Source: Bacillota bacterium
Lineage (GTDB): Bacteria; Bacillota; Clostridia; Tissierellales; Gottschalkiaceae
Assembly (NCBI GenBank): GCA_023420895.1
Contig: JAEZUY010000021.1
Location: 3,411 to 67,410 of the forward strand
Length of the DNA: 64,000 nucleotides
Direction: 5' to 3'
Notes under the pieces: model-generated
Database searches by the model: none
What the model was told of the DNA's origin: nothing
Seen by the model: only the letters and a program-made list of their open reading frames with translations
Shown: piece after piece, positions 18,649-29,704 of the stretch
Layout: each line of letters begins with the position of its first letter
Position numbering within the stretch: the stretch's first letter is position 1
Translations under genes and position numbers: made by a program

Positions 18649-19938
18649 TTATATTTCTATTAATCCGTTTTTAAGAAGACTGTCCAGAGATTTCATGACT
18701 CCCAGTTTGCAGTGCTCGTAAGTCAGTCCTCCCTGATAGTATGCGAAATAAGGCTCTCTCATAGGTCCGTCCGCCGAAAGTTCTATAGACGATCCCTGAA
18801 CGAAAGCTCCCGCCGCCATTATTACTTCTTCTTCATAGCCCGGCATTTCAGAAGGTACCGGAGCAAAGTACGAATCTACAGGTGAAGCCGCCTGTATTCC
18901 CTCGCAGAATTTTATAAGTTTATCGGGGTCATTGAATTTTATCCCCTGTATTATATCCGATCTCTTGTCATGAAGCTTTGGAACGACTTCATATCCGAGT
19001 GAAGAATATACTGATGCAACTAGAAGCGCGCCTTTCAATGCTTCTGAAACTATATGAGGCGCAAGGAAAAGTCCCTGAAGCACATTTCTTGTAACGCCGA
19101 ATGTAAGACCGCAGTCTTTCCCTATTCCAGGGGCTGTAGCTCTGTTAGAAACGTATTCTATAAGATCAGCCTTTCCTACTATATAGCCTCCTGTAAGAGC
19201 AAGTCCTCCCCCCGGATTTTTTATCAGAGAACCCGCCATTATATCGGCACCGGCTTCTGAAGGCTCTTTCTCTTCTATAAATTCTCCATAGCAGTTGTCT
19301 ACGAAGCATATTATATTTTCGTCTATTTCTTTTACAGCTTTTATGGCTTCTCCAAGTTCTTCAACAGTGAACGCATTTCTGTCGCTGTATCCTGTCGAAC
19401 GCTGAAGCCCCACCATTTTAACGCCTTTTTTCACATGTTTCTTTATGGCTTCTATATCTATTTTCTTGTTTTTAAGAGGAACTTCTGAGTATTTTATTCC
19501 GTTTTCTATTAAAGTTCCTTTCATTCCGCCTTTTATTCCTATCGACTTCTGAAGAGTGTCGTAAGGAGCGCCTGTCACGTATATGAGCTCGTCTCCGCAA
19601 TTGAGAAGTCCTGACAGTGCAAGATTTATAGCGTGCGTTCCTGAAGCTATAGTCGGACGCACTAAAGCATCTTCAGTCTTGAATATTTCTGAATATATCT
19701 GCTCAACCTTGTCTCTTCCCATATCGTCGTATCCATAGCCTGTAGTCCATGAGAAATGTGTCGCATTCAGGTGTGAGTCCTGCATGCTCTTTATAACTTT
19801 ATACTGATTGAATTCTTTAACCTCATCTATTTCTCTGAACATGTCTTTTATTTCTTCTTCTTTTTCTTTTACGTATTCTACTGCCATTCTGTCGATACAG
19901 CAGTCTCCAACTAAAAATTCAAAAGTTCTGTCTAACAT
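18649..19938 (-). CDS. ynbB: YnbB-like methionine gamma-lyase family (aluminium resistance) protein
   Basis: Motifs TGYGYDD, SGTHA, VDNCYGEF, GSLIKNPGGG, GSSIELSADGP. Confidence 0.9.
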   Translation of the reverse strand: MLDRTFEFLVGDCCIDRMAVEYVKEKEEEIKDMFREIDEVKEFNQYKVIKSMQDSHLNATHFSWTTGYGYDDMGRDKVEQIYSEIFKTEDALVRPTIASGTHAINLALSGLLNCGDELIYVTGAPYDTLQKSIGIKGGMKGTLIENGIKYSEVPLKNKKIDIEAIKKHVKKGVKMVGLQRSTGYSDRNAFTVEELGEAIKAVKEIDENIICFVDNCYGEFIEEKEPSEAGADIMAGSLIKNPGGGLALTGGYIVGKADLIEYVSNRATAPGIGKDCGLTFGVTRNVLQGLFLAPHIVSEALKGALLVASVYSSLGYEVVPKLHDKRSDIIQGIKFNDPDKLIKFCEGIQAASPVDSYFAPVPSEMPGYEEEVIMAAGAFVQGSSIELSADGPMREPYFAYYQGGLTYEHCKLGVMKSLDSLLKNGLIEI

Positions 19939-20103
19939 ATTTAACTAGCACCTTTCTTTCCATAAACAAAAATAATCCCTGACAATCTATGCCAGGGCTT
20001 TCACTATTTAAAATTATATCACACTTATCAGTTTTTGATTATTTCATTTTCTATATATTGTGTTAAAATATTGATATACAGTTACTTTAAGGAGGTGAGA
20101 ACT

Positions 20104-20994
20104 ATGGATAAACAGCCTGATAAAAACGGGCATCAGAATGCCGGCAATGAAAATCAGAATAAGAAGGACGACTCTCTTGACAGGATAGTCATGGATGACG
20201 GAACTGTCTATGTGCGTCAGAAACCCATTTACAAGCAGATTATGTTCTGGATCTGTGTAGTACTGGCGGTTTCACTGTTTTTTATAACATCCGCAGCTCT
20301 TATCTCTAAATTTGCATCTAAGAAAGATCCGTCTCAGAAGCCTATCGCATCTGAATCTGAAACTAAGAACAAAAATAAAGATTCAGATAAAGATTCTAAA
20401 GGCAAAGACAAGGGAAAAGATGATAAAGAGCTTGAAGAAAAAGAAGAGAAAAAATCTGATGAAGATAAAGACAAGAAAGATGAAAAACATTCAGATGATT
20501 TTGAAAAAACAGATGACGATTCAGAAAATACCTCAGATGATGAAGCAGTTATAGAAGACAGCTCTGGCGAAAAAATATATACCACAGCTGACCACGAACT
20601 TGCTCCCGGAGAAACTTGGGAAGTTCCAGGACAGTGGAAACTCACAATAAACAGCGTTAAACCTACTGAGGACAGAAATCAGTTCTCTGACAAAACGCCT
20701 ACTGAAGTTTTCATTGTTAACTATACTTATGAAAACCTTGGATATACAAGCGATATACAAGATCTTTTTATAATGCCTGAAAATATAATAGACGGTACTG
20801 GAGTTATGGGATATACTTATCCTGCTTCAACTGCGGCAGACCCTCAGCCAACACCTGTCGGTGCTACATGTGCAGGAGCTGAAGCAGCTTTCGGAGTTGA
20901 TAATTATTCAGATGTAGTAAAAATCAGATTCAGTATTTATGATAATAACTTAAAAAAACAGCAAGTAGTTTATTCTTGTCCTACAAGACAGTAA
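20104..20994 (+). CDS. membrane-anchored surface protein with charged linker and Ig-like C-terminal domain
   Basis: SD AAGGAGGTG before ATG 20104. One TM, a K/D/E-rich linker, then a beta-rich domain (GETWEVPGQWKLTINSV..VNYTYENLG). Confidence 0.75.
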   Translation: MDKQPDKNGHQNAGNENQNKKDDSLDRIVMDDGTVYVRQKPIYKQIMFWICVVLAVSLFFITSAALISKFASKKDPSQKPIASESETKNKNKDSDKDSKGKDKGKDDKELEEKEEKKSDEDKDKKDEKHSDDFEKTDDDSENTSDDEAVIEDSSGEKIYTTADHELAPGETWEVPGQWKLTINSVKPTEDRNQFSDKTPTEVFIVNYTYENLGYTSDIQDLFIMPENIIDGTGVMGYTYPASTAADPQPTPVGATCAGAEAAFGVDNYSDVVKIRFSIYDNNLKKQQVVYSCPTRQ

Positions 20995-21015
20995 AAAAAG
21001 ACCTTGAAATATATA

Positions 21016-21063
21016 CCGCAGATTCGATATTGTATCGGTTCTGCGGCTTTTATTTGTTTTTTT
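21016..21063 (+). terminator. intrinsic terminator
   Basis: CCGCAGA/TCTGCGG stem with a T-rich tail. Confidence 0.75.
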
Positions 21064-21199
21064 GTTTTATTTTTTATCATTTATGATAAGATTTATTAAG
21101 AGTATTTTGGGAAAATAAAAAGACCCGAAAAACGGATCTTTCTATTTTCAGTCCGGCGCTTTCAGCTTCAGCTGTGATTCCGGCTTTATTTCCATTCCG

Positions 21200-22126
21200 T
21201 TACTGCTGTGACTGACTGTTTTCATCAGGAACTTCGATGAGAAGTTCATCTACTGACGAAATAAGATATTTCACATAATTAGTTCTCTCGTCATAAACTC
21301 TCTCTGCAAACTTAAGAACTGAATTCATGAATTTTTCTGCATCGAAAGAATCGCTGTCACTCAGATACTCTACTATTCCATCTACTCTGTCGTCTTCTAA
21401 ATCATATATGAATTTTATTTCTCTTACAGATTCGTTGGCTCTTGCAGCGGCTTCAAATGTGCTGACTGGAGTTCCTTCCGGTATCTTTGAGAATATATCT
21501 TTATATATTATCTTGTGTTTTCCGCTGTTGGAAAAAACGGCTTCGATTTCCTGCACATTCTCTTCTCTGTTCACAAGCTTGAATCTCACTGTAACACCGT
21601 TCTTGCTCTTTCTGTCAGTGCTGAAATAATCAATATCTCTGAGATACTGACTGAAACTTTCAGAAATCTTCTCTGCACAGCCTGTCTTCACTTCTGAAAT
21701 CATTGCATTCAAATCGAGTTTCTTTGAAAAATGCTCATTTATATAGTCTATTGTCGAGTAATTTTCCACATATTCAGTTATTCTTTTTCTGTTTTCAAAT
21801 ATATCTTCTGGTTTCATTTCATATTTTTCCGCTTTCAGTCTGTTCACTGAAAACATTATTTTCGAATCTTCTGAAACTGTAAACTTAATATCTTCAACTT
21901 CCTTATTCTTCTCATTAAGGAATACGAGAAGGTCTATCTTCTTGTAAAACGGAACCGTTCCTGTAAGTCCAGCCACTATAGTCGATATATTTGAACCGCC
22001 GTCGGATATTATATCGAGAACTGAAATATTCTTTCCTCTTTCACTTTTATCCTCAGTTACGGCTATATCTCCTTCTGTCTTGAATTCAATTCCTCTGTCT
22101 TTTAGATATTCTAAATATTTTTCCAT
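21200..22126 (-). CDS. hypothetical protein with probable tandem YbjN-like domains
   Basis: Two internally similar halves (LNEKNKEVEDIKF and ARANESVREIKF). ATG at 22126 follows GAGGTGG. Confidence 0.6.
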   Translation of the reverse strand: MEKYLEYLKDRGIEFKTEGDIAVTEDKSERGKNISVLDIISDGGSNISTIVAGLTGTVPFYKKIDLLVFLNEKNKEVEDIKFTVSEDSKIMFSVNRLKAEKYEMKPEDIFENRKRITEYVENYSTIDYINEHFSKKLDLNAMISEVKTGCAEKISESFSQYLRDIDYFSTDRKSKNGVTVRFKLVNREENVQEIEAVFSNSGKHKIIYKDIFSKIPEGTPVSTFEAAARANESVREIKFIYDLEDDRVDGIVEYLSDSDSFDAEKFMNSVLKFAERVYDERTNYVKYLISSVDELLIEVPDENSQSQQ

Positions 22127-22272
22127 ATTCCACCTCTCATAAAACTGTGTTTTTCTAATATCTCTATTATAGCAGATTGAAATGAGATTTTTATATGTGC
22201 AAATAATAATCATTAACGTTATAATATCATTAAAGGTGATAAGGATTATTAATTTTAATTGAGGTGATTATC

Positions 22273-23169
22273 TTGATATGTTCTATAGATTTTGCTAAAA
22301 AAGCTTTTAATAAATTTACAAACGGAAATTTCATATCGAAAGCCAGAGAAAACAATGAACAGGCTCTTTCGATTGCAGAAATAACAGACAATCTTCACTG
22401 GGTTGCAATACATAATCTTGAAAAAAACAGAAAGATAGCAAAAAGAAAAATAAGAGCAGTAGAAAAATACAGAAAAGAATTCATAAAAAGAGACTTGAGC
22501 ACTTTTATAGAGCTTTCGGAATCCGTATCGGGCTACAGCTGCAACAGAAAGAGATATATTAAAGAAATAAAGGATATAAAGAAGCAGTCTGTAATAGGAG
22601 ACAGTAAAACTCCGCTCTCAATATGGTTTCAGGCTCCTTCTCTTTTGGAACTGAAACTGAACGAACTGGAGGAACCTTTTGCAATAAGCGGCGTAGAGAT
22701 AGGAGATGCTCTAAACGTAAGACCTTTCAGTCTGGAACTCGTATCTGAAAAAAATCTGAATAAATCGATAAAAAGATATGAACAGTCAAAAAAATCGATA
22801 CACAGACTCAGAGTGCTGAACGAAACTATGCTCGACTATCAGAGAAACTGTCTCATAGCAGTGAAATATTATGATAAGCTCATGAAAAAATACAGAAAAA
22901 ATCTTGCTGAATTCAAAGCTATAATCGAAAAAAGAGTGACATCTGAAAACTGCGCATATAAAAAAACGTTCAGAGACAGATTTGCAGGCATATTTTCAGA
23001 CAGAAAAAAATGCAGCTATCTGAAACTGAGTTCTGATGAGCAGAAAGTCTTAGACAGACTCGTAATGCTAACAGATCTGATTCTGGAATCTTTCAGAATG
23101 CCTGTAGTTTTCGATGACGGCTGTGTAAATGTGAAACTGAAAAAACAGCTTGAAAAACTCACAAATTAA
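22273..23169 (+). CDS. hypothetical basic coiled-coil protein
   Basis: Long ORF, SD GAGGTG before TTG 22273, followed by a terminator. Confidence 0.7.
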   Translation: MICSIDFAKKAFNKFTNGNFISKARENNEQALSIAEITDNLHWVAIHNLEKNRKIAKRKIRAVEKYRKEFIKRDLSTFIELSESVSGYSCNRKRYIKEIKDIKKQSVIGDSKTPLSIWFQAPSLLELKLNELEEPFAISGVEIGDALNVRPFSLELVSEKNLNKSIKRYEQSKKSIHRLRVLNETMLDYQRNCLIAVKYYDKLMKKYRKNLAEFKAIIEKRVTSENCAYKKTFRDRFAGIFSDRKKCSYLKLSSDEQKVLDRLVMLTDLILESFRMPVVFDDGCVNVKLKKQLEKLTN

Positions 23170-23202
23170 ATTTATTGTTTAAAACTGATTATATAAACTG
23201 AA

Positions 23203-23249
23203 AGCGGAAGCTTAAGATAATATCAATCTTAAGCTTCCGCTCTGTTTTT
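23203..23249. terminator. bidirectional terminator
   Basis: AGCGGAAGCTTAAGAT/ATCTTAAGCTTCCGCT inverted repeat. Confidence 0.85.
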
Positions 23250-23251
23250 AA

Positions 23252-25159
23252 CTATGTCAATTCTAAAGCGCTCTGTTCTACCATTATGTCCTTGAATCTT
23301 TCCGATATGGAATCTGCCTCTTCAGATATCTTCTTAAGGGTATTTTCAGATTCTTTCGGATTTTTTTCAACTTCATATATAAATCTGTCTAAAAGAGCTT
23401 TTATATTTTTGAAATCAGGTTCTTCTCTGTCTTCTCTGTCTATCGAAGTGAAAAGAAAATACATCTTTTCAAGAGAAAAAACTGTGTCTGAAAGTCTGCT
23501 GTAAACTCTTGTAAATAATTTTTTTCTTTCTTCATTCTTTATTTCCTTTATGAAATTCTTCATAGAGCGCATTATATAGTGAGTCTGCATTGAATCGTAT
23601 ATTATCTTCATTCCCATTATTTTTCTCTCTTCAAAATCAACTCCGGTTCTGAATGCATTCTCGAGCTGATGACTCGAAATCAGCCCTATATTTTTATAAT
23701 TGTTCACATAAACGCCTATGCTGTCTTTTGGAAGAAAGAATCTGTTGGCAAACATAGCCACAGCACTTGCAAGAACTATATAGAAGAGCTTCAGTTCTAC
23801 CGCAGTTCCCACTCCAAGAGATATTGCGGCAAGAGAAGTTCCGAACAGTGTCGACCACATATATCTAGTCCACTTATCTATAGGGGATGCATAGAAGAAA
23901 AGACTGCTTATGAAGAATACTGCAAAGCAGACTTCAGTGCTGCCGTTAATCGAAAGAATAATTGTGAGCGGAATACTTCCTGCAAAAGTGCCGAGAAGTC
24001 TCTGTTTAGCAAAAGTTCTGCTTTCTTCGTAAAGCGGCTTTACCAGGAATACAGCATTTATAGGCAGCCAGTATGAATACTGAATCGGAATGAAGAACGA
24101 AGCTGTCATCGTAACTGCTGTAACAGCAGAAAGTCTCAGCGCAAATGCCAGTCTGAACTCATTCATCTCATAGTAGAGTTTCCATCCGTAGTTCTTTATA
24201 AAATCTTTTGTGAGAACATAGTTTGATTTCACATGAGACATGATGAGATCTTTCAGCTTTGTATCTTCTGATATTATCCTGGTCAGAAAAATCACTATGC
24301 CCCCAAAATTTTTCTTTAAAAACTCGTCTCCTATTTTAGTTTCTTCAATCATATTTTCTGCTATTTCAAGAGCTTCCTCATTTTTTCTCTCTTTCAGCAG
24401 TTTTTCTATCTTATCCAGCTCTTCAATCTTTTCTTTTATGAATAATCTGTGCGCATCTATTTCTCTAGTGCTCAGTACCTTATGGAATAGAAGAAGTCTC
24501 TTCATTATCATAATCATATAGTATTCGGATATATTTTTCTTTTTAAGTTTCGACGGAAAGACTGTCGACTTGTGAAGGCTGTCATAAAGATTAGATATCA
24601 GTCCTTCCATTCTGTCTGTAAGTTCAAAATTCACCTTTCCGTCTAAAAGCGCCTGAAGATATTCTTTCATGAGATCAATTCCCTGAAATATCAGACTTTT
24701 TTCTTCAGACTGCACAGGTTTCACTTTGCTTTTTATAAAAAACAGCACGAACATTATTAAATAAAAAAAACATAGCAGTACCATGAGCATTGGGATTTCA
24801 TCCCATTTTAAAGGTCTGAGCTGAAGAAAGACGAACTCTATAAAATACAGCATATATCCTGTGGGTGCAGAATGACTGAAAAATATGTATGCTATAAGAA
24901 ACACTATTATCAGATTCATAAAAAACGACAGCCCGGCATTATGACTTGCTGTTATAGACAGAAACATTATCAGAATCTGCATCAGTATATCTTTTATGTA
25001 GGTTCCGACTTCCAGTCTTGCATTAGATCTTATCATGTAGAATATTGTCATATAGAAACCCATTATCGCATACTGGGTTCCGAAAAGCTTCAGGATTCCC
25101 AGAAATGATATCCACATAATGAGCACTGCTGGAAACACTGCTTTCATTCTTTTAAGCAT
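23252..25159 (-). CDS. FUSC family membrane protein
   Basis: Two TM blocks separated by a helical region; FALRLS..YWLPINAVFLVKP..QRLLGT. Confidence 0.85.
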   Translation of the reverse strand: MLKRMKAVFPAVLIMWISFLGILKLFGTQYAIMGFYMTIFYMIRSNARLEVGTYIKDILMQILIMFLSITASHNAGLSFFMNLIIVFLIAYIFFSHSAPTGYMLYFIEFVFLQLRPLKWDEIPMLMVLLCFFYLIMFVLFFIKSKVKPVQSEEKSLIFQGIDLMKEYLQALLDGKVNFELTDRMEGLISNLYDSLHKSTVFPSKLKKKNISEYYMIMIMKRLLLFHKVLSTREIDAHRLFIKEKIEELDKIEKLLKERKNEEALEIAENMIEETKIGDEFLKKNFGGIVIFLTRIISEDTKLKDLIMSHVKSNYVLTKDFIKNYGWKLYYEMNEFRLAFALRLSAVTAVTMTASFFIPIQYSYWLPINAVFLVKPLYEESRTFAKQRLLGTFAGSIPLTIILSINGSTEVCFAVFFISSLFFYASPIDKWTRYMWSTLFGTSLAAISLGVGTAVELKLFYIVLASAVAMFANRFFLPKDSIGVYVNNYKNIGLISSHQLENAFRTGVDFEERKIMGMKIIYDSMQTHYIMRSMKNFIKEIKNEERKKLFTRVYSRLSDTVFSLEKMYFLFTSIDREDREEPDFKNIKALLDRFIYEVEKNPKESENTLKKISEEADSISERFKDIMVEQSALELT

Positions 25160-25194
25160 TCTATCTCCTCCTCTCCTAGTTTTTCTTTAAAGAC

Positions 25195-25226
25195 AAAAAA
25201 ACTGTCAGAATATATTCTGACAGTTT
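25195..25226 (-). terminator. terminator after pgsA
   Basis: AAACTGTCAGAAT/ATTCTGACAGTTT with a U-tract on the minus strand. Confidence 0.8.
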
Positions 25227-25239
25227 CTCTTTAAATCTG

Positions 25240-25785
25240 TTAAGACACATCGCTGAAAAGCTGTCTGTTCTTATAATAATAGTCGAATCCCGATATAACT
25301 GTAAATATCGTCGCAAGATACATGATTATCATATCCATGCGGATATTCAAATAGCTGAATGGGAAATTGTGAAGCAGTATGAGTATTATACCTGTCATCT
25401 GAGTTATTGTCTTTATCTTTCCCCATTTGCTTGCCGCAATAGTTATATTTTCTGATGCTCCGAGTATTCTTATACCCGTCACTATAAATTCTCTCGCTAT
25501 TATCACGAACGCCATCCAGCCTGGAATATTCCCGGATTCCACAAAACACACAAGGGCCGCGACTACGAGCAGCTTGTCTGCCAGAGGATCCATGAATTTT
25601 CCAAATTTAGTTATCTGATTTCTGCTTCTTGCGATATAGCCGTCTAAAGTGTCCGTAAGGGATGCCAGAACGAATATCACAAGCGCTATTATATCATGAT
25701 AGGGTATTTTCTCTACAAGAAGAAATACCATAAATACAGGAACCAGCAGAACCCTTAAAAGTGTAAGTCTATTTGCCAGATTCAT
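25240..25785 (-). CDS. pgsA: CDP-diacylglycerol--glycerol-3-phosphate 3-phosphatidyltransferase
   Basis: Motifs MNLANRLTLLR and DTLDGYIAR..GKFMDPLADK; follows rimO. Confidence 0.96.
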   Translation of the reverse strand: MNLANRLTLLRVLLVPVFMVFLLVEKIPYHDIIALVIFVLASLTDTLDGYIARSRNQITKFGKFMDPLADKLLVVAALVCFVESGNIPGWMAFVIIAREFIVTGIRILGASENITIAASKWGKIKTITQMTGIILILLHNFPFSYLNIRMDMIIMYLATIFTVISGFDYYYKNRQLFSDVS

Positions 25786-27106
25786 CTTCCACATCTCCTA
25801 TTAAATCATACTCTAACGCATCTTTTATTTTTACTTTCACAAAATTTCCTATCTCAAGTTCATTCATAGAGTCGACATAGACTATACCGTCTATTTCAGG
25901 ACTGTCCATATAAGTTCTTCCTATATAAAGCCCGTCTTCAACATATTCTTCTATCAGAACATCATAAGTTTTCCCTATGGATTCAGCTGAAAGCTCTCTC
26001 GAAATCTCTTCCTGCTCTTTCATGATTTCAATCTGTCTCTGTTCTTTGATTTCATCATCCAGATGGCCAGGAAGCCTGTCAGCAGGAGTGTCTTCTTCTC
26101 TCGAATAAGTGAAAACTCCCAGTCTGTTGAATCTAGTTTCTATAACGTATTCTCTCAGCTCTTCAAAATCTTCTTCAGTCTCTCCGGGGAATCCCACTAT
26201 AAGCGTAGTTCTTATAGCAATATCCGGTATTTCCTTTCTGAGTTTCTTTATGAGAGCAGTTATTGAAGCTTTGTCAGTATCTCTGTTCATAAGCTTCAGA
26301 ATTCTGTCCGATATATGCTGAATCGGTATATCTACATAATGAACGACCTTTTCATTTCTCTTCATAGCCGCTATCAGTTCGTCTGTGAAAGTCTCTGGAT
26401 AGATATATAATATTCTTACCCATTTTAGCCCCTCAATTTCATTCAGTCTGTCTAAAAGTTCAGGAAGCTTGAACTCCCCGTATATATCTATTCCGTACTT
26501 GCTCGTATCCTGTGCTATCAGTATTATCTCTTTAGTTCCGTTTTCAGCAAGATTTTCAGCTTCCTCTATTACAGATTCCATAGTTCTGCTTCTGTATTTT
26601 CCTCTCAGCTTCGGAATTATACAGTAAGTGCAGTGGTTGTCGCAGCCTTCTGAAATCTTTATATAGGAAGTGTATCCCGGAGTAGTCACAGTTCTATCTA
26701 TATTCTCCTGATAGTCTGTATTTATATCTCCGAACTGCGCGACTCTCTCTCCTTCAAGAGCTTTTTCAACAATTTCCGCTATTTCTTCTATATTTCCAGT
26801 TCCTAAAATCGCATCGACTTCAGGAAGCTCATTCAGTATCTCTTCTCTGTATCTTTCAGTAAGACATCCTGCAACTATAATGCATTTGCATCTTCCTGAA
26901 TTCTTGAATTCTGCAACCTCAAGTATCGTGTTTATCGATTCTTCTTTTGCTTTGTCTATAAAACCGCATGTATTGACTATTATTATATCGGCTTCTTCAC
27001 AGTTTTCAGTCACTTCGTATTCCTTGTCTTTGAGAATACCCATCATCAGTTCCGAATCTATGAGATTTTTAGAACATCCGAGTGACACCATTGATATTTT
27101 ATACAT
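25769..27106 (-). CDS. rimO: ribosomal protein S12 methylthiotransferase
   Basis: SLGCSKNLIDSE, NTCGFI, CDNHCTYC radical SAM motif, C-terminal TRAM with SPEIDG. Confidence 0.96.
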   Translation of the reverse strand: MYKISMVSLGCSKNLIDSELMMGILKDKEYEVTENCEEADIIIVNTCGFIDKAKEESINTILEVAEFKNSGRCKCIIVAGCLTERYREEILNELPEVDAILGTGNIEEIAEIVEKALEGERVAQFGDINTDYQENIDRTVTTPGYTSYIKISEGCDNHCTYCIIPKLRGKYRSRTMESVIEEAENLAENGTKEIILIAQDTSKYGIDIYGEFKLPELLDRLNEIEGLKWVRILYIYPETFTDELIAAMKRNEKVVHYVDIPIQHISDRILKLMNRDTDKASITALIKKLRKEIPDIAIRTTLIVGFPGETEEDFEELREYVIETRFNRLGVFTYSREEDTPADRLPGHLDDEIKEQRQIEIMKEQEEISRELSAESIGKTYDVLIEEYVEDGLYIGRTYMDSPEIDGIVYVDSMNELEIGNFVKVKIKDALEYDLIGDVEDESGK

Positions 27107-27124
27107 AAATTATCCCCTTTCAGA

Positions 27125-29668
27125 TTAAGAATCGGCTCCGTCTATATCTTCTCTTGAAAGAAGAACTTTTCTTCCTCTGTTGCCTTCAGGCGGCCCGACT
27201 ATTCCTCTTTCTTCCATCTGATCTATGATTCTGGCAGCTCTTGCATAGCCTACCCTCAGTCTTCTCTGAAGGAATGATGTGGATGCCTGCTGCTCGTCTA
27301 TCACTATATCTATTGCTTCAGGAAGCAGCTCGTCGCAGTCTTCCTGAGAAAATTCAAATTTCTTTTCTATATCTTCCATTATTTCTTCTTCATATTCAGC
27401 TTCATTTCTGCTTTTAAGAAACTCTACAAGTCTTTCGACCTCGCTGTCGTCTATGAAAGCTCCCTGTATTCTCTGAGGTTTGCTCATTCCCTGAGGGAAG
27501 AACAGCATATCTCCTCTTCCGAGAAGCTTTTCAGCTCCGGCCATATCGAGTATAGTCCTTGAGTCTGTCTGAGACGAAACTGCAAATGATATTCTTGAAG
27601 GTATATTCGCCTTTATAGTTCCTGTTATTACATCGACTGAAGGTCTCTGAGTCGCTATTATAAGGTGAATTCCTGCAGCTCTCGCCATCTGGGCTATCCT
27701 GCATATGAGCTCTTCGACTTCATTCGACGCCGCCGTCATCATCAGGTCTGAAAGCTCATCAATTATCATGACTATTTTAGGAAGCTTATTGTCTTTCTCT
27801 TTTTTATTATATCCTTTTATATCTCTTACTCCCGCATTTGCAAACATTTCGTATCTTCTGTTCATCTCTGTAACTGCCCAGTTTAATGCTCCTGCCGCTT
27901 TATTCGGGTTCGTCACAACCGGAATGTACAGATGCGGTATCCCGTTGTATATGCTGAGCTCTACCACCTTAGGGTCGACTAGAATCAGCTTCACATCGTC
28001 CGGACTCGATTTATAGACAATACTCGTTATTATAGTGTTTATGCACACACTCTTTCCGGATCCTGTCGCTCCTGCTATCAGCATATGGGGCATCTTCTCG
28101 ATATCTGCTATTACGGGTTCTCCTTCAACATCTTTACCTAAAGCTATGGGAACGTCTCCTTTGAAATTCTGGAAACTTTCGCTCTCTATCATCTGTCTTA
28201 TTCTGACACTCGTTCTGTGCTTATTGGGAATTTCTATCCCTATAGCTGATTTTCCCGGTATCGGAGCTTCTATTCTTATATCTGAAGATGCGAGGCTCAG
28301 AGCCAGGTCGTTCGAAAGATTCAGGATTCTGCTCACCTTTATTCCGGGAGCTATCTGTATCTCGTATTTAGTGATTGAAGGACCTATGTTGACGCTGTTC
28401 ACTCTCGCCTCTATTCCAAAATTGGAAAGAGTCTCTATCAGCTTGTCAGCATTTTTCACCACATACTCTTCATCGTCAGCTTCAAGATCTATTTCATCGC
28501 TTAGCAGATTCACCGGCGGAATTTCATAAGGTTTCTTTTTCAGAATAGGTACTATTTTACTAGAATTCTTTTCAGAGTCTTCACTTCCGGAAGCTGAAAC
28601 AAACTCAAATTCATCTGCAGTTTCAATTTCTTCTTCAGCTTCTTTTTCAGCTTCTTTTTCTTTCCTGAAGTTTTCTCTTTTCTCTGAAAAATCAGCTCTT
28701 ATCACAGAACCTTCTGAACTCTCTTCATCATCTGAAGCTATTTCAAATTCAAACCTTTCGGGTTTCAGAACTTCTTCTTCCTTTTCGGCTTTTTCAGCTT
28801 CTCTTCTGTTTCTGAGTCTTTCAGCGCCTTCGCTTCTGCCCTTTCTGAGACCCTTTATTACAGGTTTCTGTCTCTTTTCTTCTCTTTCTTTTCTGAGTTT
28901 CTCTTTCCTTTCTTCTTCAGCTTCTTTTTCTCTTCTTATTTTTTCAGCTTCTTCCTGTTCTCTTTTAAGCTCCTTGAGCTTTTTCTTTCTTTCGAGATCT
29001 CTTATCTCTTTTTTCACTTTCAAAGTCTGACCGGCAGACTGAAACTTCTCTGACAAGAAATTTCCCGCTTTCGCGAAAAGTTCAGGAATGCGTCTTGCGG
29101 CTTCAGCAAGACTCCTGAAAAGATCGATAAGACTTCTGTTTCCTATAACGACTATGGCAACTGCTATAACAGCAAGAGATATTATAATCGTCGCATCTTT
29201 TCCAAACAGCTTCATCAGGAAATAAGAAAAAAGTCCTCCGGCGACTCCTCCTCCGAATCCCGTTCTGCCTATATCTGAAACGTATTTCATCTTATCTGAA
29301 AAACTCATATTCACATCCGTTCCGGCCGCAAGAGTCACATCGAGAATAACTAGAATAGCTATAAATATGAACACTGCCGCCGTCATATTCCTCTTATAAT
29401 GTTCTCTGTCAAAATAATAGAGGAAAATGAAGCCGAATATGGAAACAGGAAGGATGAAAGCTCCCATGCCGAACACAGTCTGCATTGCATTTCTAAGATA
29501 TACGAGAATGATTCCGTCCGAGTCAAGATACAGACTCAGTATCATTATAAATCCTATGAAAAAAGCCGCAATGAGATGAGAGACGGGTATTCCCGTATCC
29601 TGCTTTTTAGCAGCTGAAGAGCTGCCGCTCTTTCTTACGGCTTTAGATTTCGTCCTGCTTTTAGCCAT
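27125..29668 (-). CDS. ftsK: DNA translocase FtsK/SpoIIIE
   Basis: N-terminal TMs, charged linker, [20 protein letters not shown], gamma domain [14 protein letters not shown]. Confidence 0.97.
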   Translation of the reverse strand: MAKSRTKSKAVRKSGSSSAAKKQDTGIPVSHLIAAFFIGFIMILSLYLDSDGIILVYLRNAMQTVFGMGAFILPVSIFGFIFLYYFDREHYKRNMTAAVFIFIAILVILDVTLAAGTDVNMSFSDKMKYVSDIGRTGFGGGVAGGLFSYFLMKLFGKDATIIISLAVIAVAIVVIGNRSLIDLFRSLAEAARRIPELFAKAGNFLSEKFQSAGQTLKVKKEIRDLERKKKLKELKREQEEAEKIRREKEAEEERKEKLRKEREEKRQKPVIKGLRKGRSEGAERLRNRREAEKAEKEEEVLKPERFEFEIASDDEESSEGSVIRADFSEKRENFRKEKEAEKEAEEEIETADEFEFVSASGSEDSEKNSSKIVPILKKKPYEIPPVNLLSDEIDLEADDEEYVVKNADKLIETLSNFGIEARVNSVNIGPSITKYEIQIAPGIKVSRILNLSNDLALSLASSDIRIEAPIPGKSAIGIEIPNKHRTSVRIRQMIESESFQNFKGDVPIALGKDVEGEPVIADIEKMPHMLIAGATGSGKSVCINTIITSIVYKSSPDDVKLILVDPKVVELSIYNGIPHLYIPVVTNPNKAAGALNWAVTEMNRRYEMFANAGVRDIKGYNKKEKDNKLPKIVMIIDELSDLMMTAASNEVEELICRIAQMARAAGIHLIIATQRPSVDVITGTIKANIPSRISFAVSSQTDSRTILDMAGAEKLLGRGDMLFFPQGMSKPQRIQGAFIDDSEVERLVEFLKSRNEAEYEEEIMEDIEKKFEFSQEDCDELLPEAIDIVIDEQQASTSFLQRRLRVGYARAARIIDQMEERGIVGPPEGNRGRKVLLSREDIDGADS

Positions 29669-29704
29669 TTCCTCATCCTTTCAGTTTTAATACTTGTATT
29701 GAAA

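Noticed and set aside
20104..25159. Possible genomic island or prophage remnant (block of hypothetical genes)
   Set aside because: No integrase, transposase, phage gene, tRNA or flanking direct repeat was seen, and composition resembles the flanks.
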